The notes under the pieces were generated by a model. That model was not told the origin of the DNA, did no database searches, and saw only the letters and a program-made list of their open reading frames with translations. From Thermoplasmata archaeon (lineage in GTDB: Archaea; Thermoplasmatota; Thermoplasmata; Lutacidiplasmatales; UBA184): 64,000 nucleotides of DNA. Position 1 is the first letter of the stretch. Every line of letters begins with the position of its first letter. Below are positions 57,523 through 64,000 of the stretch, piece after piece. Where the stretch lies: NCBI GenBank assembly GCA_035622275.1, contig DASPVQ010000020.1, forward strand, positions 2,494-66,493, read 5' to 3'. Position numbers and translations under genes: made by a program.

Positions 57523-58164
57523 TCAACTCCGCGCCTTGACCGGGCCGGACGGCGTCGGCCGGCCGGGTCGCGGTGACATCGACGACGCGGGGGTTGACCC
57601 ACGACGTCCGGTTCGCCGGCCGAGTTTCTTCCTGCGAACGTCGCGCCTGCGAGGCACGTCTGCCAACGCCGCCGCTTCCGGGAGGGACGCCGCGTACTCG
57701 ATGAGCCGCATCCCACCCCAGTTCCGGTACCGGCCGGTGCGCCGGAAGCCCTGGCGCTCGTAGAATCGCATCGCGCGTCGGAGCGGCGGGGTGGTTTCGA
57801 GCGTGACGCGGTGACACCCCCGACGATGGGCGAAGCGCAGCGCGGCGCGCAAGAGACGGTTCGCCACCCCCGTCCCCTGCCGTTCGCGAGGGACCGCCAT
57901 GCCCCGGAGGCGGGCGTGGGACGCGGCGCTCAGGCGGACCGACACGGTGCCGAGAATCCGCGAGTGGGTGTCCGTCGCGACGAGCACGTGCTGAACCCTC
58001 AGGCGGCGGGCGAGGCGGCGCGCGTCCAGCACGGTGGCCGAGAACGCCACCGCGGTGTAGCGACGACGATAGGGCGCGAACGCATCGCGGAGGCAGGCGA
58101 GGATCGGGGCGACGTCGGATAACCGCGCGCCACGAATTCTGATGCGCCGCGCTTCTCGTGCCAT
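57523..58164 (-). CDS. GNAT family N-acetyltransferase
   Basis: RGMAVPRERQGTGVANRLLRAAL...FYERQGF. Confidence 0.6.
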   Translation of the reverse strand: MAREARRIRIRGARLSDVAPILACLRDAFAPYRRRYTAVAFSATVLDARRLARRLRVQHVLVATDTHSRILGTVSVRLSAASHARLRGMAVPRERQGTGVANRLLRAALRFAHRRGCHRVTLETTPPLRRAMRFYERQGFRRTGRYRNWGGMRLIEYAASLPEAAALADVPRRRDVRRKKLGRRTGRRGSTPASSMSPRPGRPTPSGPVKARS

Positions 58165-58379
58165 GCCAGCTCCGACACGCGTCCACCGGCGATATGGATG
58201 TCCCCTGCCCCGACGCCGACCCGGTCGGGGGGTTCACCCCCTTCGGGCGAGCCAACGCAACGCGGCCGACATGCATCGACCCGACGACCGGAAGCCTGCG
58301 CGATTCGCGCGAACCCGAGACCGCCGGCGGTCAAACTCATTATCTCAAGGTCCTGCGAGGTCATCCGCGGAGAATCGGC

Positions 58380-59075
58380 ATGGATCCCAAGCGGTCGAAG
58401 CACCGGCCGAGTGTGCGTACCGGTCTCTCTCGGACCGAGCGCGCGGCCTGGGCCCAGACCTACGCGCGGACCCGCTACTCGAGGCTGCCCTGGTTCTCCG
58501 TCCGGCCATCGCCGCTGCTCGTTCGCGCCGTCCGGGAGCGCTGGCTCACGACCTCGCGCCGCGTGCTCGACGTCGGTTGCGGTGCTGGAACGAACGTGCT
58601 GTGGTTGGCGCAGCGGGGATTTCGGGCGTTCGGGGTCGACATCGCCCCGGGGGCGATCGCCGCGGCCCGCTCGCGGGGTGAGGCCGCCGGTGTGCGGGCG
58701 AGTTTCCAGGTCGGGGAGGCGACCCGCCTACCGTTCCCTCGTGCGCACTTCGGAGCGACGATCGACTTCGGCTGCTTCCACTCCCTTCCGCTCCGTCTTC
58801 GGGCGCGCTACGCAGCGGAAATCGCGCGCGTCCTGCGTCCGGGCGGCACGTTCGTGCTGGCGTGGATCGGGAGAGAGGAGACCCGATCGTACGGGCCACC
58901 CCATCGTCCCTCGCTGAACGAGGTGACGCGCGTCTTCGAGCCTCGGTTCGTCTTTTCGTCCGTCCAGCACCACCCACCGGAGGCGCAGGGCGCCTGGAGG
59001 ACGCCGGGGGGTTCCCTCGCGCTCTATGCGGCTCGTCTCGTGCGGCGAACGGCTCCGCAGCCGCGCCCCCGGTGA
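58380..59075 (+). CDS. class I SAM-dependent methyltransferase (TPMT/TehB-like), paralog B
   Basis: VLDVGCGAGTNVLWLAQRGFRAFGVDIAPGAI...LRPGGTFVLAWIGREE; about 50% identical to 27245..27949 over the full length. Confidence 0.7.
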   Translation: MDPKRSKHRPSVRTGLSRTERAAWAQTYARTRYSRLPWFSVRPSPLLVRAVRERWLTTSRRVLDVGCGAGTNVLWLAQRGFRAFGVDIAPGAIAAARSRGEAAGVRASFQVGEATRLPFPRAHFGATIDFGCFHSLPLRLRARYAAEIARVLRPGGTFVLAWIGREETRSYGPPHRPSLNEVTRVFEPRFVFSSVQHHPPEAQGAWRTPGGSLALYAARLVRRTAPQPRPR

Positions 59076-59160
59076 CCGCTGCGACCCCCTCCTCGCGGTC
59101 CGCCATCGCCCCGCGCGAAGGCCCGGCGCTCGCCGCGGCGGCGCCCGATCCCGGCTCGCT

Positions 59161-59691
59161 TCAGGATCGGTCCGGTCGGATCCGGCGCGACTGCTGCGCG
59201 GTGCTCACGCTCAGCGCAACGATCAGGACGCCGGACCACGACGCGGCCGGGACCTGGAGCTGCACGTGCAGCGTCTGATTCGCTCCGGCCCCGACCGTGA
59301 TCGGCGCGTTTGACGAGGTCACCAGAAAGCCGCTGCTCGCCGTGGGGCTCGAGAAGGTGCAGGTGCCGTACGCGGCCTGGTTCACGAGCCCGTCGGTGAC
59401 GTTGATGGAGCTCCCGAGCGGCGCGTCGGTGCCCGCCGCGATCGACAGCGTCGGGTCACCCGAGCAGAGCGACCCGGTCAGGTCCCACTCGATGGAGTTG
59501 ATGACCACGCGATCGGGCCCCGTCCCGGGGCTCGAGGCCGGGGCGGCTGGGCTGAACACCCCGATCGCATAGAGGAAGCTCACGACCACCAGCACGGCCA
59601 CGACGGCCACGATGACGCCCAGGACGGGGCGCGGACGATCGGACGGCGCGCGGCTCGACCTCAGGACGGTCGCATCAGACTCCTCGGGCAT
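59161..59691 (-). CDS. N-terminally anchored secreted/surface protein with N-x-S/T sequons
   Basis: Internal ATG (MPEESD...) then a TM helix VIVAVVAVLVVVSFLYAIGV; S/T-rich ectodomain. Confidence 0.45.
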   Translation of the reverse strand: MPEESDATVLRSSRAPSDRPRPVLGVIVAVVAVLVVVSFLYAIGVFSPAAPASSPGTGPDRVVINSIEWDLTGSLCSGDPTLSIAAGTDAPLGSSINVTDGLVNQAAYGTCTFSSPTASSGFLVTSSNAPITVGAGANQTLHVQLQVPAASWSGVLIVALSVSTAQQSRRIRPDRS

Positions 59692-59828
59692 CCGGGCTCG
59701 GGCCCCCGAGGCGAGGGTCCGTATTAGGGTCAGGGCCTCCCCGGAGTCGATGCTGTGGTGCCCGACCGTCGGCCATCGTACGCGACGCCCTCGCACGCTC
59801 CGCCACGGGGGCCCGCTGTTTTCGCAAG

Positions 59829-59838
59829 TTACAAATAT
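59829..59838 (+). promoter_or_regulatory. TATA-like element (ttacaaatat) about 28 nt upstream of ATG 59862
   Basis: AT-rich island with leaderless spacing. Confidence 0.35.
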
Positions 59839-59861
59839 CGTGGCTTGAGAATTCATTCCTC

Positions 59862-60581
59862 ATGGCGCAAGTCCTCACGGACCCCGCGAGTCTCCCGGTC
59901 GGATGCCACGCGCTCGGCATCTACTCCGACGCGAGCGAGCAGGAGAGCCATGCGGTCCGATTCCTCTCGGGAGCCCCGGCCGGAACCCCGGCCGTCTACT
60001 TCGTCCACGACCCGAAGATCGCCGAGCAGTACAACGCACGCCTGGCCCACGACGTCCCCGACCGTGCCGGCAGCGTGGTGTCCCTGGGTCACGAGCAGGT
60101 CGAGCCCGACCACGGTAAGCTGCGTCCCGCCAAGGAGGTTCGCGAGTACATTTCCCATCACCCGCAAGGGATGACGGCGGGCGGGGACACGCTATCGATG
60201 TACCTCGCTCCGGACACGGCCGACGCCCACCTCGAGTACGAGAGCTGGTTCGATGACCAGCCCCGCGACGCCTCTCGATTCATCTGTCCGTACGATATCC
60301 GGAGCATCCCGATCGACGCGGCGCCCGAGATCCTGAGCGACCTCGGCCGTCACCACTCCCACGTGGTCCTGTCGTCCTCGCCGGAGCCGGCCGTGCGGCT
60401 GCTCCAGCTGTTCATCTTTGGGACCCGGGCCGACGTGCCGGACCGGCTCGGAGCGGACCTGCGGTGGGCGCAGGAGAAAGAGTACCTCCGGCCGGCGGGT
60501 GCTCGCGATTCGCTCGAGCTCACCGACGCCGGACGCGAGATCGTCCGCGAGTGGTCGGATCGGACCACCGTCGACTGGTAG
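59862..60581 (+). CDS. MEDS-domain protein (methanogen/methylotroph DcmR-like sensory domain)
   Basis: HALGIYSDASEQESHAVRFL...AVYFVHD...SRFICPYDI...HVVL pattern matches MEDS. Confidence 0.55.
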   Translation: MAQVLTDPASLPVGCHALGIYSDASEQESHAVRFLSGAPAGTPAVYFVHDPKIAEQYNARLAHDVPDRAGSVVSLGHEQVEPDHGKLRPAKEVREYISHHPQGMTAGGDTLSMYLAPDTADAHLEYESWFDDQPRDASRFICPYDIRSIPIDAAPEILSDLGRHHSHVVLSSSPEPAVRLLQLFIFGTRADVPDRLGADLRWAQEKEYLRPAGARDSLELTDAGREIVREWSDRTTVDW

Positions 60582-60969
60582 CCCGGCGAGCCTCGAGCCG
60601 TCCGGTCGGTGGGCCGCCAGCGCGGCCGCGCCCGAGCCTCCGGCGGGGACTCCCGACGTGGCGATCGAACCGCACTCGCCCGTTCCGAAACTCGACTCCT
60701 TCCAGCCGCAGGCGAAGACGCTGCTCCGTGCCGTCGACGCCCGATAGCGCGATCCTTCCTCCCGCCGCGACGACCCGGTGCCACGGCAGGCCGTCGAACC
60801 GGTGGAGCGCCCAGACCGTCAGGCGAGCCCCGCCGGGGAACCCGGCGGCTGCGGCGGCTTGCCCATAGGTGATGACACGCCCGCGGGGGACGGAGGCGAT
60901 CACGGACGCGATCCGTGCCAGTGCCGCGGCTCGACGCGCCGGCTCGTGACGCGGACGTCGGGCCACCAC
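60520..60969 (-). CDS. alkyltransferase-like (ATL) protein: MGMT fold with Trp replacing the active-site Cys (PWHRVV)
   Basis: VITYGQAAAAAG...GGARLTVWALHRFDGLPWHRVV is the Ogt/Ada C-domain with PCHR changed to PWHR; the 3' end overlaps the MEDS gene convergently by about 62 nt. Confidence 0.65.
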   Translation of the reverse strand: MVARRPRHEPARRAAALARIASVIASVPRGRVITYGQAAAAAGFPGGARLTVWALHRFDGLPWHRVVAAGGRIALSGVDGTEQRLRLRLEGVEFRNGRVRFDRHVGSPRRRLGRGRAGGPPTGRLEARRATSRRWSDPTTRGRSRVRRR

Positions 60970-61128
60970 GGGCGCACCTCGGCCTCACCGAGGGGTCGCG
61001 GGGATTAAAGGACCGGAAGCCGATCGATCGCATCGCGCCGCCCGCGTCGGGCCGATCCGGGCGGATCGAGGAAGGAGCTGGCCGTCAAGGCCCCGGTCGC
61101 GCCGCCACTCGGTGTCGGTAGGGAGCCG

Positions 61129-62205
61129 TCAGGTGCAGCCCAGCTCGGTCGAAGCGGCCGCGCCCTCGATCACGTGGATGCAGTACTGTTCGATCGTCCA
61201 GTCGTAGCTGAAGTCGGCGTTTCCCAGGGCGCCGTCCTCCGAGCCGAGGTTGGCCTCGTCCCAGTGGAACGCACCGAAACCGTCCGTCGGCCCGGTCCAG
61301 CAGGAGGTGCCGGGCATCAGGGACTCGACCTCGGAGAGCACCGCGCTCAGGTTGACCCCGAGCTCCCCCGCGGCGAGCCCGTGCGTCGCCTGGCCCCCGT
61401 AGGAGAAGTCGAAGCTGATGTTCGCGTTGGAGCTGTTGTCCGCGCCGTGGCAGTAGTATCCGACGTCCCACGGCTCGAGCGCCAGCGTCGAGTTCACGAG
61501 GGTGGGGGTCTCCCAGTGGATCCACTGGAACGGGTAGCTGATGTTGTGGGCAAGGAACAGCTCGACCTCCACGAACGGACCGACCTCGAAGACCGGCGGC
61601 AGGCTCTCGGTGAGGAACTCGTCGAGCGATAGGTCGTAGCCGTCGACGTCGGCGGTCGCGGGAGCGGAGAAGGAGTAGTGCGTCGTGAACCAGACGTTTT
61701 CGCCCGTAACCGCGCCCACGGTCTGCGGCAGTTCCCAGCTCGAGCTCTGGTTCGTGTAGGTCGAATCGGCGCCCAGCCAGGCGTTCACGCCGTAGGTGAT
61801 CTGGGGATAGGAGAACCAGCCCCCCGCGGATCCGACGTGGCTCCAGTTCGCGTAGGCGTACATCTCTCCCGATTCCGCGCCGTAGCACATCCCGACGTGC
61901 CCGATCGTTCCGCTCGGGACGTTGTAGGTATTGGCCTGGAGCACGCCTTCCTGGAGGGGAAGCGTCGGACGCGGGACGCCCGGGGTCCCGGTGATGCACG
62001 CGGACTGGGTCCCCGGCGACGGCAGTAGCGGGATCTCGCCGTTCGGAGTGGGGACACCGGTGCCCCGGTTCGCGGGCTTACCGGCGGGGAGCAGAACGGC
62101 GACCGCGACGATGACCAGGACGGCGGTGGCCACGGCCGCCGCGGCGATCCGCCACCGAGCTCGGAGCGGCCGGGGGATCCCGCCGGACTCGGAGGTCCCG
62201 GTCAT
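61129..62205 (-). CDS. N-anchored secreted glycoprotein-like protein (W/Y-rich, six Cys, many sequons)
   Basis: TM anchor IAAAAVATAVLVIVAVAVLL; NWS, NQS, NIS, NST, NSS, NIS, NLS sequons; possible beta-sandwich or GH-like fold, unassigned. Confidence 0.5.
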   Translation of the reverse strand: MTGTSESGGIPRPLRARWRIAAAAVATAVLVIVAVAVLLPAGKPANRGTGVPTPNGEIPLLPSPGTQSACITGTPGVPRPTLPLQEGVLQANTYNVPSGTIGHVGMCYGAESGEMYAYANWSHVGSAGGWFSYPQITYGVNAWLGADSTYTNQSSSWELPQTVGAVTGENVWFTTHYSFSAPATADVDGYDLSLDEFLTESLPPVFEVGPFVEVELFLAHNISYPFQWIHWETPTLVNSTLALEPWDVGYYCHGADNSSNANISFDFSYGGQATHGLAAGELGVNLSAVLSEVESLMPGTSCWTGPTDGFGAFHWDEANLGSEDGALGNADFSYDWTIEQYCIHVIEGAAASTELGCT

Positions 62206-62407
62206 GGACGAACGAGCGGTGTCGCCGGGTCTTGATGGTTGTGACCCGCGAGGGACGATCCACCGAGTGCGAGGCGCAGGGGAGTTCACGGTCGGCCCCG
62301 CTCGTCGTGCGCTGGGCCCTTAGGGTCTATGGCCGGACGGAGGCGCGCGCCCGCGGAGCGCAAACGGTCAACTACTCGCGCCCGCTGTCGGACCGTTGAG
62401 GTCCTCC

Positions 62408-62638
62408 ATGAAGTGCGAGGGATGTGGAGCGGAGCTAGCGGCCGGCGCGAAGACGTGCGCGGCGTGCGGTCGACCGACCTCGTTCGGTCAACGGGCCGAG
62501 GCGGAGACCGAGCACGTGGCGGAGAAGACCGGCGAGGTCGCGGGCAAGGTAGGTCGAGGCATCGTCGGCGGAGTGAAGGGGCTCGCCTCCGGGGCCAAGA
62601 AGGGCTTCAAGGGATCGGAAGAGGAGAAGAAGCCGTAG
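62408..62638 (+). CDS. zinc-ribbon small protein
   Basis: MKCEGCGAEL...CAACG then a Gly/Lys-rich tail. Confidence 0.4.
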   Translation: MKCEGCGAELAAGAKTCAACGRPTSFGQRAEAETEHVAEKTGEVAGKVGRGIVGGVKGLASGAKKGFKGSEEEKKP

Positions 62639-62797
62639 CGCGGCGTCGTGGTCGCTCCGGCCACCTCGGGGCCGCCAGGCCCTGGCATCGCGGCGCGCGC
62701 CCTCCCGGGCCGGCCCGCCGTGGCGCTTGCACCGGAGCCGGCCGCATTGGGGGGCGGTGTCCGACCCTCCGGCCCCGGGTCCTCGTCGGAACGCGGC

Positions 62798-63229
62798 CTA
62801 GGCGGGAATGAACGTCAGGATCCAGATCAATAGGATCAGCGCGATCAGGAACGTGGCGGAGTTACGCCACTGGGCCGCGCGCACGACGCGAGACTGTCCA
62901 TCCGACAGCTCCCCGGCCGGCATACCGATGACATAGCGCAGCCTGATCCCCGCACCGGTGGCCACGGCAGCCAGGCCGAGCGTCCAGAGGATCCGTGTGA
63001 CGAGCACCGCGTCGTACAGGATACCGACGTTCGGGGTCGTGGACGGGTTCAGCCCGATGACACCGACGAGCGTGCCCACGAAGACCAGCAGGAGACCGAG
63101 CGCCTTGGCGCCGAAGGCGAGCATCGACCAGTCGAGCGGTCTCGGCGACGCGCGGGTCGTCGGCGGGAGGGAGGCCCAGCCCGGCGGTGGGGGCGGTGGG
63201 GTCGAGGTCGTCGGTTGCGCAGCGGACAC
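62798..63229 (-). CDS. hypothetical membrane protein
   Basis: Pro-rich N-terminus then three hydrophobic helices. Confidence 0.35.
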   Translation of the reverse strand: MSAAQPTTSTPPPPPPGWASLPPTTRASPRPLDWSMLAFGAKALGLLLVFVGTLVGVIGLNPSTTPNVGILYDAVLVTRILWTLGLAAVATGAGIRLRYVIGMPAGELSDGQSRVVRAAQWRNSATFLIALILLIWILTFIPA

Positions 63230-63409
63230 GAGGGAGCCTCAGCCCGAGGCCGTTAAAACCGTTACAACCCGGTCGTGGCAGGGTCGAACTGGCTCGCCGG
63301 ACCGCCGCCCGGCTGCGCCGCAGGGTCCGGCCGGAGACGCCATCGCGTTCCGCGAGAGCACGGCGCAAAGCGGGATGTAGCGCGCGGGGCTCGGCGCGTC
63401 GGGGTCGCG

Positions 63410-63850
63410 ATGGTCTACATCGAGGACACGGGATCGCTGATCGACGCGCCGATCGACTTCATCTGGGAGTACCTCGGTTCGGAAGGGCACGGGGCGGCGC
63501 ACTCCGGCAGCGCACGGAACTTCCGGGTGCGCGAGACGATCGGCTCGACCGCCGTCGTTGTCGCCGAACGGCGGCTACACGGCCGCTGGTCGACGTTCGT
63601 GAGCCGGTCGACGGACTTCCCTCCCTTCTGTGTCTGCAACGAGGAGATCGAGGGGGACTTTGCCGGAACGAAGTTCGTCCTGCTGTACCGGCCCGAAGGC
63701 AACGTGACCCGCGTCGACGTGTTCGGGGACGTCCGGTCCAGCGTCTTCGACGGCGCCGAGGCGAAGCGTATCTTCCTCGGCTTCCTGCAGTCAGCCTACG
63801 AGGACGACACCCGCGCCATCCGGGACCTGAGGGCCCGCCGAGCGAAGTAG
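63410..63850 (+). CDS. small SRPBCC-like protein, paralog B
   Basis: MVYIEDTGSLIDAPIDFIWEYLGSEG... aligns with 49730..50191 end to end (shared C-terminal ...DD.RAIR..RA.. too). Confidence 0.55.
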   Translation: MVYIEDTGSLIDAPIDFIWEYLGSEGHGAAHSGSARNFRVRETIGSTAVVVAERRLHGRWSTFVSRSTDFPPFCVCNEEIEGDFAGTKFVLLYRPEGNVTRVDVFGDVRSSVFDGAEAKRIFLGFLQSAYEDDTRAIRDLRARRAK

Positions 63851-64000
63851 GCGGGAGGCGCCCCCCTGCGGGAGCCGACCCCGACCCCCGGACGCATGCC
63901 GGTCGAAGGGAAGGCGTCCCGAGCAGGGTCTCCGTTGGGAATGCTTGATAGGTCGGCGCGGCTGACCCGCGCGAGCGGCGATGCGCGATCCGTGGGCGCG

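Noticed and set aside
1-64000. Search for tRNA/rRNA genes, CRISPR arrays, IS elements and integrases
   Set aside because: No T-loop-like GGTTCRAAUCC motifs in the intergenic gaps, no direct-repeat/spacer periodicity, no transposase-like (DDE, HTH-Tnp) or integrase (R..H..R..Y) proteins among the ORFs, and no long terminal inverted repeats. I called none.

Overview
The window is 64 kb of very GC-rich DNA (about 68–70% by eye) and is densely coding, with around 65 supportable protein genes on both strands. I found no rRNA, tRNA, CRISPR array, transposase, integrase or phage genes. 

Several independent signals suggest the source is a high-GC archaeon, possibly a Thermoplasmatota-like lineage from an environmental assembly. 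First, AT-rich TATA-like boxes sit 24–35 nt upstream of many start codons, which is the geometry of leaderless archaeal transcripts; many of those starts are GTG or TTG. Second, there is an HTH_10 (bacterio-opsin-activator type) regulator. Third, there are large secreted or cell-surface proteins rich in N-x-S/T sequons, one with a C-terminal transmembrane anchor followed by a basic tail. A bacterial origin cannot be fully excluded from sequence alone. 

The gene content is accessory, sensory and stress-related rather than housekeeping. It includes five class-III nucleotidyl-cyclase proteins: three paralogs of a cyclase–TolB-like–TPR architecture, one cyclase–STAND-ATPase–TPR giant, and one PDZ plus Cys-cluster cyclase. 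It also includes two giant surface/secreted proteins that share a novel ~95-aa 'FxExGLPxGTxWxV' repeat. Many small ligand-binding or detoxification proteins are present: six SRPBCC, six VOC/glyoxalase, two DinB-like, two RibD_C/DHFR-like and two alpha/alpha-toroid QW-repeat proteins. DNA alkylation repair genes are present (Tag, YcaQ/AlkZ-like, and an alkyltransferase-like protein with Trp in place of the active-site Cys). Other genes include peptidases (M28, M29, an HExxH protein), an ABC-2 exporter, several SAM methyltransferases, a dual-specificity phosphatase and many membrane proteins. 

Several families occur as dispersed paralog pairs. Many long R/P-rich antisense ORFs in the six-frame track are GC artefacts and are rejected. 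No single classical 'system' such as a defence operon is obvious; the most unusual content is the cyclase expansion, the novel cyclase architectures and the repeat-bearing glycoproteins.
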